Assembly: GCA_965222605.1 (NCBI GenBank)
Contig: OZ244960.1
Coordinates: 32,001-96,000, forward strand
Length of the DNA: 64,000 bases
Reading direction: 5' to 3'
From: Candidatus Latescibacterota bacterium
Lineage (GTDB): Bacteria; Latescibacterota; UBA2968
The position numbers and the translations under genes are program-made. This document shows, piece by piece, positions 19,181-29,452 of this stretch (positions within the stretch are counted from its first letter, which is position 1; every line of letters begins with the position of its first letter). The notes under the pieces were generated by a model. It did no database searches. It was given only the letters and a program-made list of their open reading frames with translations, and had not been told where the DNA came from.

Positions 19181-19843
19181 ATGAATCAAACAACACCGCA
19201 ACAAGAAGACATACTGGTCTGGTTTCTCAAGGTGTGGAATCAGATTGAAGCAAATTATATCAGGATCCTCACGGGATTTGGCATTGCCATTGTCGCTGCG
19301 CTGGTTGTCTTATTTTTCTATCGCGGACAAACACAACGCGCAGAGGCGGCTCGTGCAGCTCTCGGCGACGTTTATATCGCACTTTATGAAGGGCGCGCAG
19401 AAGAAGCGATTACCTCATCACAGGACGTAATAGAAACCTATGCGGGCGAAGCCGAAGCGGGCGAAGCATTGATGGCTCTGGCCAATTTGCACTATGAAGA
19501 AGGCCGCATCGCAGAGGCACGCACATATTTTCAACAATATATGAATGACTATCCAGCAGAAGGGCCATTGGGCTATGGTGCCTGGGCGGGGTTGGCATCC
19601 TGTCTTGAAAGCGAAGGAAAATTCGCCGAAGCGGGTCAACAGTTCGCGGCCTTCGCCGAAGCGCAACCCAAATCGCCATTTGCGCCGATAGCCCTGAAGG
19701 AAGCTGGCAGATGTTACGAACTTGGAAAAATGCCTCAGCAAGCAAGTGATGCGTATCAAAAGATCGCCAAAGAATACGATGAGTCATCTGTCGCCAGATT
19801 TGCACGCGGACAATTGAACATGATGGGAGTTGAGATAGATTAG
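19181..19843 (+). CDS. Single-pass membrane TPR protein (YfgM-like)
   Basis: N-terminal TM helix followed by TPR-like repeats; strong SD ggaggag. Confidence 0.8.
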   Translation: MNQTTPQQEDILVWFLKVWNQIEANYIRILTGFGIAIVAALVVLFFYRGQTQRAEAARAALGDVYIALYEGRAEEAITSSQDVIETYAGEAEAGEALMALANLHYEEGRIAEARTYFQQYMNDYPAEGPLGYGAWAGLASCLESEGKFAEAGQQFAAFAEAQPKSPFAPIALKEAGRCYELGKMPQQASDAYQKIAKEYDESSVARFARGQLNMMGVEID

Positions 19844-19887
19844 CGCAAATCCCGAGTTGAATTTGGCGCAATACCATTTTTTCAAAC

Positions 19888-19936
19888 AAATCCCTGAGAA
19901 GTAGAAAAACGCTTCTCAGGGATTTTGTGTTTTTTT
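19888..19936 (+). terminator. Intrinsic terminator
   Basis: aaatccctgagaag / cttctcagggattt stem followed by a T-rich tract. Confidence 0.8.
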
Positions 19937-20018
19937 AAAAAAGTCCCGAAGTTCAAAGATAGACCAAAATTGACCTGACTTACAGATATTATGGATCGCT
20001 AAAAAATTTCAGCAAAAA

Positions 20019-20046
20019 ATACGGTATAAGATACATTATGTAAACT
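20019..20046 (+). other. dif: dif chromosome dimer-resolution site (XerC/XerD)
   Basis: ATACGGTATAA-GATACA-TTATGTAAACT: 11-6-11 layout with inner ATAA/TTAT symmetry; the right arm matches the Bacillus subtilis dif XerD/RipX arm; intergenic and at the strand-bias switch. Confidence 0.85.
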
Positions 20047-20161
20047 CAGTGCAATAATCAGTCCAAATCCTGCCTGAAGCCGCTTCTAACCACTCGAATC
20101 TCAATCCGCATCTGAGAATAATAATTTCCACTATTTTGTGGTCCATTTACTGGCGTTGTGG

Positions 20162-20776
20162 TTATGGCTCCGCCATTTCCTCTGCGCCCGTGTGTGCAAG
20201 TCCAAGAGCCTGTTCATATAACAGATCTGACAGCCGTTGATTCTCTTCACGCATTTTCTGAATCGTTTTTACGCTTCTCTGAGCGCTTATTTCCACTTCT
20301 TTTTGTTGTCTGCGCAGCCAATTTGCGTCTTCTTGCGCTTGATTTCCCCTTTTTTTTGTCTCATGCAGTTCTTCTCGTGTTCTTTCAAGTTCTTCTTTTA
20401 ACGCCCGCGCTTCCGTCCATCCAGACGCAGATGATGCCTCTAATTGTGCATTCCGTTCGTTCAGGTTGCGAATTTCCGTTCTCAGTTCTCTTTCGGCTAT
20501 TTCGATCATCGCCAATTTTCCCAGTTTCTGTTGTTGGACTTCAAATTCGGATTTTTCAACGAGAATTTGATCGGGATTATAGCTCACATCAATATGATTT
20601 TCTCCCAAATTTTTTCCAAATTTTTTCCAAAATAATTCCTCAATTTCTTTTCTAGATATTCGCCATGTTCCATTCCATTTTTCAGGCTTTAAAAAACCTC
20701 TATTAATATAGTTTCTTATTGTTTTATCAGTCACTTGAAGAATTTTAGCGGCTTCGAGAATTCCATAATTTTCCAT
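20162..20776 (-). CDS. Helix-turn-helix (MerR/excisionase-like) plus coiled-coil protein
   Basis: YGILEAAKILQVTDKTIRNYINRG.L.....NG.WRI then ~120 aa E/R/K/Q-rich heptad region; SD aaagga. Confidence 0.8.
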   Translation of the reverse strand: MENYGILEAAKILQVTDKTIRNYINRGFLKPEKWNGTWRISRKEIEELFWKKFGKNLGENHIDVSYNPDQILVEKSEFEVQQQKLGKLAMIEIAERELRTEIRNLNERNAQLEASSASGWTEARALKEELERTREELHETKKRGNQAQEDANWLRRQQKEVEISAQRSVKTIQKMREENQRLSDLLYEQALGLAHTGAEEMAEP

Positions 20777-21018
20777 TTTCTATTCCTTTCTTGAAATTCC
20801 ACTATATTTACAATAAATTTCCGTTATATTAGCACTTTTTTTCCATATTGTCAAGTGGTAAAAAAGAGAAAAAAAACGCGCAGATAATGAATTTTTGTTA
20901 TTTTTGGAAGAGAGACGCATTTTACACTGATAAAAAATAAACGCCCCTAAAAAACAACAGGAGCTGAATATTTCCCAAAAAAACGAGAAATAGAGAACAA
21001 AAAGAGAGGAGAAAATAG

Positions 21019-22110
21019 TTGGAAAACTTAAAAAAAACCCCACTAAATGAAATGCACCGCAAAATCAACGCCCGAATGGTTCCATTTGGCGGCTGGGAAA
21101 TGCCGGTTCAATACGCGGGCATAGTCGCGGAACATCGAGCGGTGCGATCACAAGCCGGGCTTTTTGATGTCTCGCACATGGGCCAATTTGAACTTAAAGA
21201 CAGAGGGGCCAGGGATCTAACCCAATTTCTAACTGCGAATGACATAGACCGCATTGGTGTTGGGCGCGGACAGTATTCTCTATTTCTCAACAAAAATGGT
21301 GGCGCGATTGACGACATCATTGTTTACCGCCTTGGTGAGACAACCTATCTGATCGTCGTAAATGCCGCAAATATCGATAAAGACTGGAAGCATGTCCAAT
21401 CGGTCGCAAAATCATTTGATAATGTTCAGGTAACCAATCGCAGTGAAGAATTTGCCCTTCTCGCGCTTCAAGGACCAAAAGCAGAGGCTGCACTCTCCCC
21501 TATCGCAAACCGGGACCTCTCTGAAATCGGTTTTTTCCGCATTCGCAAAGCAGAACTCGCGGGAATACCCGTTCGCATTGCCCGCACGGGATATACAGGT
21601 GAGGGTATGAATGGTTTTGAGATATTTACACAAGCAGAAGACGCGGAGGTAATATGGAATGCCCTCATCGCATCGCCCGACGTAGTACCTGCAGGATTGG
21701 GCGCGCGGGATACACTCCGCATCGAAGCCTCTCTCCCCCTCTACGGGCAGGAACTCGACGAGGCAACAACACCATTAGAAGCCGGACTGGATATATTCGT
21801 GTCACAGACGGGCGGGTTCTCTGGTGCCGAAGCACTTGAGAAACAACGTGTGAATGGCCTGACCAAAACTCTTGTGATGGTCGAAATGATCGACCGCGGT
21901 ATCCCCCGCCACGGTTACGAAATCCTGGATAGCTCGGGGAATGCTATTGGCGAAGTCACAAGTGGCACAGCCGCGCCCTATCTTAAAAAAAATGTCGCAA
22001 TGGGTTATGTCCCCCCCAACTATTCAGAAATTGGAACAGAACTCGCCATTGCAATCCGAAATCGCGCCCTCAAAGCGCGGGTTGTTCCCAGACCATTTTT
22101 TAAGCGGTAA
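21019..22110 (+). CDS. gcvT: Glycine cleavage system aminomethyltransferase T
   Basis: FGGWEMPVQY, GLFDVSHMG, RTGYTGE.GFE, GLGARDTLRIEA, GEVTSG; TTG start after SD gagga. Confidence 0.97.
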   Translation: MENLKKTPLNEMHRKINARMVPFGGWEMPVQYAGIVAEHRAVRSQAGLFDVSHMGQFELKDRGARDLTQFLTANDIDRIGVGRGQYSLFLNKNGGAIDDIIVYRLGETTYLIVVNAANIDKDWKHVQSVAKSFDNVQVTNRSEEFALLALQGPKAEAALSPIANRDLSEIGFFRIRKAELAGIPVRIARTGYTGEGMNGFEIFTQAEDAEVIWNALIASPDVVPAGLGARDTLRIEASLPLYGQELDEATTPLEAGLDIFVSQTGGFSGAEALEKQRVNGLTKTLVMVEMIDRGIPRHGYEILDSSGNAIGEVTSGTAAPYLKKNVAMGYVPPNYSEIGTELAIAIRNRALKARVVPRPFFKR

Positions 22111-22134
22111 CTCTCTCTAAAATAAAGGTTAAAG

Positions 22135-22168
22135 AAAAAAGAGACAGGTGAAAATCTGTCTCTTTTTT
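22135..22168. terminator. Bidirectional intrinsic terminator (gcvT/leuS)
   Basis: aaaaaagagacag / ctgtctctttttt. Confidence 0.85.
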
Positions 22169-22189
22169 ATCCTTATTGCGTAACGTCAG

Positions 22190-24628
22190 TTAGACCACAA
22201 TATTGACCAGCCGATTGGGAATGACGATTATTTTTTTGGGCGTGTGATCCTGTATATGCGCTTTCACATTCGGCTGTTCCAGCGCCAGGCTTTCTATCTC
22301 CGCCTCCCCGGCATCGACCTCAACTTCCATTCGCGCACGAACTTTGCCATTGACCTGAATAGGCATCTCAATCGTTGCTGGTCGAGCAAGCGTTTCGTCC
22401 CATTCGGGCCAATCTCGTTGATGAACGCTGTAATCTCCCCCAATTCGAGACCACAGTTCTTCAGAAAGATGTGGCGTTACAGGTGACAGGAGCAAGACAA
22501 GCGTCTCAATGGCTTCTCCCCAGGCATCTGTATGCACAACAGGCGTATTTTGGGCCGCCAACAAACCATTGCTAAACGTCATGAGCGCGGCCAATGCTGT
22601 ATTAAATCCAAAGGTCTCAAAATCTTCAGACACCTTGCGGATAGTCTGATGGGTTAAGCGCCGCAGATCATCCTGGGCTTCTTGTGTGGCGTCGCCCTTT
22701 GCTGGAGCACCATTTTCAACAACTATACGCCACACGCGGTTCAAAAATCTCGGAATACCTTCCAGACTCGACGAATTCCACGGGCCGCCCTGTTCCCACC
22801 GCCCCAGAAACATCACATAAGCTCGAATACAATCTGTTCCATGCTGCACAATCAAATCGTCGGGATTGACAACATTGCCCCGCGACTTGCTCATTCTTTC
22901 TTGATCTTCACCCAGAATAACGCCCTGATTAAACAAACGTGCCATCGGTTCATCATCACTGACCAGGTCCATATCGCGCATGGCTTTGGTGAAGAATCGC
23001 GTGTAGAGCAGATGCATAGTCGCGTGTTCTATACCTCCTGTATATTGATCGACAGGCAACCAATAATCACCTTCGTGAGGTTCAAAAGGCCCCGCATCGT
23101 AATGTGGGCTTAAATATCGATATTGATACCAGGAAGAACACATAAACGTATCCATTGTATCAGTCTCTCGCTGGGCTGGCAAGCCACATTTTGGACAGGT
23201 CGTGTTTAGAAATCCTTCGTGATATTTGAGGGGAGATTCACCCGTCGGCAAAAACTCTGCATCATCGGGCAGCATTACGGGTAAATCACGCGCTGGCACG
23301 GGGACAGTTCCGCATGTATCACAGTAAATAATCGGTATGGGACACCCCCAATAACGCTGGCGAGAAATCAGCCAATCGTGAAGGCGATAATTGACTTTTC
23401 GCTCGCCAACACCTCGTGACTCCAGATCATCAGCCACTGCATTTTGTCCATCTTGTGAAGATAAACCATCGAAGTGCCCCGAGTTTACCATGCGTCCTGC
23501 GCCAGTATGCGGATGGACAAGGGCTTCGCCATCCCAATCATCTGGGGCAATCACAACGGGAATGGACAACCCATACTTTTTTGCAAAACCAAAATCGCGT
23601 TCATCGTGTGCAGGCACAGCCATAATGGCCCCTGTACCATATTGAAGCAATACATAGTCGGCGATGTAAATAGGCACATCTGCATTGTTCATAGGGTTAA
23701 TTGCATAAGCACCGGTGAAAACCCCATCTCGTTCTTTATCCATGGAAAGCCGCTCGATCTCAGACTGGCGGTCGGCTTTTGCACAATATGCTTTAACAGC
23801 TTCCCGTTGGTTGGGCGCGGTTATCTCATCAACCAATGGATGTTCGGGTGCTAAAACCGCAAATGACATGCCAAAAATGGTATCTGGGCGCGTTGTGAAC
23901 ACGCGAAATGATGACTCTGAATTTTTGACGCGCATTTCAAATTCAATGCCTTCACTTCGTCCAATCCAATTCTCCTGCATGGCCTGCACGCGGTCGGGCC
24001 ATGCAATTTCTGAAAAATCAAGTAACTCCTCAGCATATCGGGTAATTCGAAACAGCCATTGGTCCAGATCCTTTTTAATCACGGGCGTATCACACCGCTC
24101 GCAGTGCCTGTCCTCTCCCCAAACCTGCTCTCTGGCAAGGGTGGTATTGCACTGTGGACACCAATCAACGGGTGCTTTCTCTCGATAAGCCAGACCATTG
24201 GCGTAAAACTTGAGGAATAACCACTGCGTCCATCTATAGTATTCAGGCAAACAGGTAATCGCTTCGCGCGTCCAGTCAAACATTGCCCCCATTGTTTTTA
24301 GTTGCTCACGCATGTGATGTACATTGTCCAGCGTCCATTTGGTTGGATGAATCCCCCGTTGGATTGCAGCGTTCTCAGCAGGCAATCCAAAAGCGTCAAA
24401 ACCAATTGGAAACAACACATTATACCCCTTCATCCGCATATATCGCGCCCGAACATCGGAGGGAACAATCGCATACCAGTGACCAATGTGGAGATCTCCC
24501 GAAGTGTAGGGCAGCATAGTCAAAGCATAATGCTTGGGGCATTTGGGATCAATCTGGCTGCGGTACAATCCGGTATCTTCCCAGCGTTGCCGCCACCGTT
24601 TTTCAAATTCTGCAAACTCGTAGGCCAT
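22190..24628 (-). CDS. leuS: Leucine--tRNA ligase
   Basis: HIGH, RMSKS, FTTRPDT editing motif, GTGAIMAVPAHD; start trimmed to MAYEFAE after SD aggag. Confidence 0.98.
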   Translation of the reverse strand: MAYEFAEFEKRWRQRWEDTGLYRSQIDPKCPKHYALTMLPYTSGDLHIGHWYAIVPSDVRARYMRMKGYNVLFPIGFDAFGLPAENAAIQRGIHPTKWTLDNVHHMREQLKTMGAMFDWTREAITCLPEYYRWTQWLFLKFYANGLAYREKAPVDWCPQCNTTLAREQVWGEDRHCERCDTPVIKKDLDQWLFRITRYAEELLDFSEIAWPDRVQAMQENWIGRSEGIEFEMRVKNSESSFRVFTTRPDTIFGMSFAVLAPEHPLVDEITAPNQREAVKAYCAKADRQSEIERLSMDKERDGVFTGAYAINPMNNADVPIYIADYVLLQYGTGAIMAVPAHDERDFGFAKKYGLSIPVVIAPDDWDGEALVHPHTGAGRMVNSGHFDGLSSQDGQNAVADDLESRGVGERKVNYRLHDWLISRQRYWGCPIPIIYCDTCGTVPVPARDLPVMLPDDAEFLPTGESPLKYHEGFLNTTCPKCGLPAQRETDTMDTFMCSSWYQYRYLSPHYDAGPFEPHEGDYWLPVDQYTGGIEHATMHLLYTRFFTKAMRDMDLVSDDEPMARLFNQGVILGEDQERMSKSRGNVVNPDDLIVQHGTDCIRAYVMFLGRWEQGGPWNSSSLEGIPRFLNRVWRIVVENGAPAKGDATQEAQDDLRRLTHQTIRKVSEDFETFGFNTALAALMTFSNGLLAAQNTPVVHTDAWGEAIETLVLLLSPVTPHLSEELWSRIGGDYSVHQRDWPEWDETLARPATIEMPIQVNGKVRARMEVEVDAGEAEIESLALEQPNVKAHIQDHTPKKIIVIPNRLVNIVV

Positions 24629-24641
24629 TGAAATACAACTC

Positions 24642-25937
24642 CTAAGGATATAATCTTTGCAAAAGTCGAGGAAATGGAATAGTCTCGCGGACATGGGACA
24701 ATCCGCATATCCACGCGACTGTACGCTCAATACCCAATCCAAAACCGGAATGTGGCACCGATCCATAGTGCCTGAGGTCCAGGTACCACTGGAACGGCGC
24801 CTCGTCAAGACCGTGTTCGGCGAGCTTCTGCCGCAAGACCTCCAGATCGTCTTCGCGCTGTCCCCCACCGACGATTTCGCCATATCCTTCGGGAGCCAGC
24901 ACATCCATACACAATGCCAGTAGGGAATCTTCCGGATCCCCCTTCATATAAAAAGCTTTGCAAGCTGCTGGATACCGATGCACAATCACGGGACGATCGT
25001 GTGCATTGGCCAACACGGTTTCATCCTCAGCACCAAAATCTTCCCCCCATGTATGATCGCAACCCGCATCTTTGAGCAATTCATGTGCATCCGAATAAGA
25101 CATCCGGGGAAATGGTTTTTGCACCCGTTCTAAGGGCGCAAGGTCGCGTTGCAAGGCTACAAGCTCTGAACGACATGTTTTTAGCACGCGCTGAACAACA
25201 CAACAGATAAAGTCTTCGGCCAGGTCCATATTACCCGATAGGTCCATATAGGCCACCTCTGGCTCAATCATCCAAAACTCGGTCAAATGGCGCCGCGTCT
25301 TGGATTTCTCAGCTCGAAAAGTCGGGCCAAAACAGTACACCTTGCCAAATGCCATAGCCGCTGCTTCCATATATAGCTGGCCGCTCTGCGTCAGGTAGGC
25401 CGTCTCATCGAAATAATCGGTTTCAAAAAGCGTGCTGGTGCCTTCGCAGGACGACGGTGTAAATATTGGCGCATCAACGAGTATGAAGCCATTGTTGTCG
25501 TAATAATCTCGGCAGGCTTTGACGATTTCGGCACGCACGCTTAAAATGGCGTGCTGGCGCGATGAGCGCAGCCACAAATGGCGATGATCCATCAGAAATG
25601 CCGTGCCGTGTTCTTTAGGCGTAATCGGATAATCCTCTGCACAATGTACAATTTCGATATAGCTGACGCCAATTTCAAACCCGATGGACGAACGCGCATC
25701 GGCTCGAACCGTGCCCATCACGCGAAGAGATGATTCTTGCCCCAGGTCTGACGTCCTTTCAAAGACATCCGGTGATACATCGCCCTGAAAGACCACGCAC
25801 TGAATCGTACCAGAGCCATCTCTGACCTGAAGAAAGTGCAGTTTGCCACTTGATCGTTTGTTGTACAGCCATCCCTCGATCACAATTTCCTTGCCTTCCC
25901 ATGCACTTACGTCGTTTATCCTGATGATATCTGGCAT
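24642..25937 (-). CDS. asnS: Asparagine--tRNA ligase
   Basis: OB-fold N-terminus, [34 protein letters not shown]. Confidence 0.97.
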   Translation of the reverse strand: MPDIIRINDVSAWEGKEIVIEGWLYNKRSSGKLHFLQVRDGSGTIQCVVFQGDVSPDVFERTSDLGQESSLRVMGTVRADARSSIGFEIGVSYIEIVHCAEDYPITPKEHGTAFLMDHRHLWLRSSRQHAILSVRAEIVKACRDYYDNNGFILVDAPIFTPSSCEGTSTLFETDYFDETAYLTQSGQLYMEAAAMAFGKVYCFGPTFRAEKSKTRRHLTEFWMIEPEVAYMDLSGNMDLAEDFICCVVQRVLKTCRSELVALQRDLAPLERVQKPFPRMSYSDAHELLKDAGCDHTWGEDFGAEDETVLANAHDRPVIVHRYPAACKAFYMKGDPEDSLLALCMDVLAPEGYGEIVGGGQREDDLEVLRQKLAEHGLDEAPFQWYLDLRHYGSVPHSGFGLGIERTVAWICGLSHVRETIPFPRLLQRLYP

Positions 25938-26029
25938 ATATCGTTCCCTGAGAGTAAAAACACGAAAGACGACCGGGTATTACCTGCTTGCCCACCGATC
26001 GTCTTGTTTTTTTCGTGTGTATGCAAATC

Positions 26030-28147
26030 TCACGATCTTTGGGGGGGGCGTTGCCTACCCTGCTGATTTGAACCACCATCGGGTTTGTCAATAAGTACTT
26101 TGCGACTCAGTCGAATTTTGCCCTGATCGTCGATAGCGATCACTTTGACCTGAACTTTTTCGCCTTCACTGAGCACATCGTTCACCTTACGCACCCGGTG
26201 ATGTTCAAGCTCGGAAATATGGCAAAGCCCGTCCTTGCCAGGCAAAATCTCGACAAATGCGCCAAAGTCAGTGATCCTGCGCACCGTGCCTTCATAGGTT
26301 CGCCCAACTTCTGCCTCTTCTACGAGCGCCTCAACCATGCCCATTGCGGTTTCACCGGCTTGAGCGTCTAAAGAGGTGACAGTAACCAGGCCATCGTCCT
26401 CAACCGAAACCGTTGCGCCTGTCTCTTCAATGCTGCGAATGGTTTTCCCGCCCGGTCCGATAACTGCGCCAATTTTTGATGGATCAATGCGGATGGACAA
26501 AATTCGCGGTGCGTATTCCGATAAGCTCGTTCTCGGCGCGGAAACAGCTTCTTCCATAAGGTCGAGAATGTGGTTTAATGCATCTCGGGCACGGACAAAA
26601 GCCACATTGAGAATTTCAAAACTTATGCCACCGATCTTGATATCCATCTGAATCGCGGTCAGACCCGCCCGCGTTCCCGCAATTTTGAGGTCCATATCGC
26701 CCAAATGGTCTTCTTCGCCCAAAATATCAGTGAGCACCGCCCACTGCTCCCCTTCCATAACCAGCCCCACGCCAGCTCCAGCGACATGGCTTTTAATGGG
26801 CACGCCCGCATCCATCAAAGCGAGAGAACTGCCACACACCGTGGCCATTGAAGACGAACTGTTGGATTCTAAAATTTCAGAAACCAGCCGAATCGTATAT
26901 GGAAAATGGTCTTCACTCGGTACAACAGGCTCGAGTGCCTTTTCGGCCAAAACACCGTGACCGATTTCACGACGGCCGGGCGCTGCGATCCGCCCTGTTT
27001 CACCCACACTGTAGTTGGGAAAGTTGTAATCGAGCATAAAGCTCTTGAACGATTTACCTTCGAGATCGTCTACCATCCGGGTGTCCATCTTGCTGCCCAG
27101 CGTCGCAACGCACAAAGCCTGCGTCTGCCCGCGCGTGAAAATAGCAGACCCGTGTGCGCGAGGCAATATACTCAGATCGATGTCAATGGGTCGAACCTGG
27201 TTGAGGTCGCGTCCATCAATACGCTGATTTTCCGCGAGGATCATCGCGCGCATATCCTTTTTGATCAATTGATCAATTTCACTGCCAATTTCGTCATCTG
27301 CAAAGTGTTCTGCGAGTGCTTCTCGCACCTCGGTGCGAATCGCGGACAACGTCTCTGCACGCGCCATCTTATCCGGCATGCGATTGGCTGCGTGAATCTG
27401 TTCTGAAGCGCGTTCGGCAACGGCAGTAACAAGGGCTTCGTTTTCTTCGGGTTCCTCGTAAGACCGCTTGGCTTTCCCAACATTGGCAATCAGATCATCT
27501 TGTAATTCAATCAGTTGCACAATCCCTTCCTGGGCGACGCGCAGTGCTTCGACAACATCGTCATCGGGTACTTCGTGAAAATCGCCTTCAACTGAAATGA
27601 TCGACTCGCGATTGCCCGACACCATCAGGTGGATATCGCTTTCTTCGAGTTCGGAAAGTGTGGGATTGATCTTATATTCTCCACCAACCCGTCCAATGCA
27701 CACAGCTCCGATGGGGCCGTCAAACGGAATATCAGAAATGCACAGTGCAGCCGAAGCACCCGTCATTGAGAGCACCGCAGGATCGTTTTCACCATCAAAA
27801 GACAACACAGTGACATAAACCTGTATTTCAAATTGATAAGCACTGGGAAACAGGGGCCTGATTTGATGATCAATCAAACGCGCATGCAATTTTTCTGTTG
27901 TTGAAGGTGCGCCTTCTCGCTTAAAAAAACTGCCCGGAATGCGTCCACCTGCATACATTTTTTCGCGATAATCGACTTGAAGCGGAAAAAAATCAAAATC
28001 CGAAGGTCTGTTATCGGAAACGGCAGCCACCAGCACAATGGTTTCACCGTACTGCATCCACACCGCCCCATGTGACTGTTTGGCCACCCGACCCGTTTCA
28101 ATGGACAACGGACGACCAGCATATTCAAGCTCTACTTTTGCTATCAT
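26030..28147 (-). CDS. pnp: Polyribonucleotide nucleotidyltransferase
   Basis: [34 protein letters not shown] and S1 domains. Confidence 0.98.
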   Translation of the reverse strand: MIAKVELEYAGRPLSIETGRVAKQSHGAVWMQYGETIVLVAAVSDNRPSDFDFFPLQVDYREKMYAGGRIPGSFFKREGAPSTTEKLHARLIDHQIRPLFPSAYQFEIQVYVTVLSFDGENDPAVLSMTGASAALCISDIPFDGPIGAVCIGRVGGEYKINPTLSELEESDIHLMVSGNRESIISVEGDFHEVPDDDVVEALRVAQEGIVQLIELQDDLIANVGKAKRSYEEPEENEALVTAVAERASEQIHAANRMPDKMARAETLSAIRTEVREALAEHFADDEIGSEIDQLIKKDMRAMILAENQRIDGRDLNQVRPIDIDLSILPRAHGSAIFTRGQTQALCVATLGSKMDTRMVDDLEGKSFKSFMLDYNFPNYSVGETGRIAAPGRREIGHGVLAEKALEPVVPSEDHFPYTIRLVSEILESNSSSSMATVCGSSLALMDAGVPIKSHVAGAGVGLVMEGEQWAVLTDILGEEDHLGDMDLKIAGTRAGLTAIQMDIKIGGISFEILNVAFVRARDALNHILDLMEEAVSAPRTSLSEYAPRILSIRIDPSKIGAVIGPGGKTIRSIEETGATVSVEDDGLVTVTSLDAQAGETAMGMVEALVEEAEVGRTYEGTVRRITDFGAFVEILPGKDGLCHISELEHHRVRKVNDVLSEGEKVQVKVIAIDDQGKIRLSRKVLIDKPDGGSNQQGRQRPPQRS

Positions 28148-28239
28148 TCTTTCTCCTCTATTTGCCTTAAAACACATCTATCCCAGCGCTCCGACAAAAA
28201 GGCCAGAGATACGACCGACTGCTGGAATATATAAAAAAC

Positions 28240-28509
28240 TCAACCGCGAATACCCAGTGCCGCAATCAAGCCACGATAACCTTCTAAATCTACGCGCCGC
28301 AAATATCGCAACAGCCGGCGACGACGCCCAACCAGTTTGAGCAACCCGCGACGCGAGTGATGATCTTTCTTATGGGTTTGAAAGTGTTCGATCAATTGTA
28401 CAATACGCTCTGTAAGTTGAGCAACCTGGACTTGTGGCGATCCCGTATCGCCTTCTTTGCGCCCGTATTGTGCAATTAACTCGGCCTTCTTCTCCTTTGT
28501 TAATGCCAA
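28240..28509 (-). CDS. rpsO: 30S ribosomal protein S15
   Basis: [34 protein letters not shown]; TTG start with SD ggagg. Confidence 0.98.
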   Translation of the reverse strand: MALTKEKKAELIAQYGRKEGDTGSPQVQVAQLTERIVQLIEHFQTHKKDHHSRRGLLKLVGRRRRLLRYLRRVDLEGYRGLIAALGIRG

Positions 28510-29450
28510 AATTTACCTCCATAGGTATGATGCCGCGAAAGCATATCTTCCGCGGTCTGTATATCTGCTTGAATCTGTTCGATTAACGCTTCTTTGCTGC
28601 CAAATTCACGCTCGCCACGAATGCGATACCAAATCTCAAGGGGTAAAATTTTTCCATAGAGATTTTGTGAAAAATTGAGCAAATGTACTTCACAAAGCGC
28701 TGACTGCCCCCCGAATGTCGGGCGTTTGCCGTAATTGACAACGGCAATATAGGGCTGATCCAGCCTTGCAACACCAGCATAAACACCAGGCGATGGCAAG
28801 AGTTTTCCCTGCGTTTCAAACAGGAGATTGGCCGTGGGAAAACCAAGTGCTCTACCCCGCCTTTCTCCCTCTACCACACGCCCCCACAAGGGGTAAGGGT
28901 GTCCCATAAGCTGAACAACCACATCCAGGTCTCCTTCTAAGAGTGCATTGCGAATACGAGTACTGCTCACAGGTCTTTCGGCAATACACACAGCAGGTGG
29001 AGAAAAAACAGAGAACCCAAACTGTTTTCCCAACCTCTTCATCGTCTCAAACCCACCCTGACGCCCCCTTCCAAAACCGTGATCGTAACCTATAATCACA
29101 GACCTGGCACTGAGTTTATCAACCAGGAAGCATTTGACAAATGCCTCGGGAGACATCTGCCGGAGTGCATCATCGAATCCAACAACAGCCAGAATATCCA
29201 CCCCCAAAGAAGCGAGACAATGCTTTTTCTCCTCAAGCGATGTCAACACCCCGGGGGCATTGTCACCGTCGATAAACTGGCGGGGGTGTGGATCAAAAGT
29301 GACGACGATAGACGTGCCCCTACACGCCCGTGCCATATCGGTCATGGCTTTAATAACAGAGACATGCCCGATGTGAATACCGTCAAATGTTCCAACAGTG
29401 ACCACCGGATGGGCAAGCGCGATCGGTTCTTCAAGCGTTATGGTGCGCAT
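28500..29450 (-). CDS. ribF: Bifunctional riboflavin kinase/FAD synthetase
   Basis: [33 protein letters not shown]. Confidence 0.97.
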   Translation of the reverse strand: MRTITLEEPIALAHPVVTVGTFDGIHIGHVSVIKAMTDMARACRGTSIVVTFDPHPRQFIDGDNAPGVLTSLEEKKHCLASLGVDILAVVGFDDALRQMSPEAFVKCFLVDKLSARSVIIGYDHGFGRGRQGGFETMKRLGKQFGFSVFSPPAVCIAERPVSSTRIRNALLEGDLDVVVQLMGHPYPLWGRVVEGERRGRALGFPTANLLFETQGKLLPSPGVYAGVARLDQPYIAVVNYGKRPTFGGQSALCEVHLLNFSQNLYGKILPLEIWYRIRGEREFGSKEALIEQIQADIQTAEDMLSRHHTYGGKFWH

Positions 29451-29452
29451 TA

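Noticed and set aside
19972-19999. Second dif-like sequence (GACCTGACTTA-CAGATA-TTATGGATCGC)
   Set aside because: Only TTATG matches and the left arm lacks ATAA; too degenerate to call.
20780-21018. Possible glycine riboswitch upstream of gcvT, or oriC in the AT-rich tract
   Set aside because: No GGAGA...CCGAAG...CTCTCAGG aptamer and no DnaA-box cluster; dif and the skew direction indicate a terminus.
24629-24904. 91-aa N-terminal extension of LeuS in the ORF track
   Set aside because: It overlaps asnS in another frame; the SD-supported start is 24628. Similar over-extensions were trimmed for ribF, purB, nadD, rfbC and pnp.
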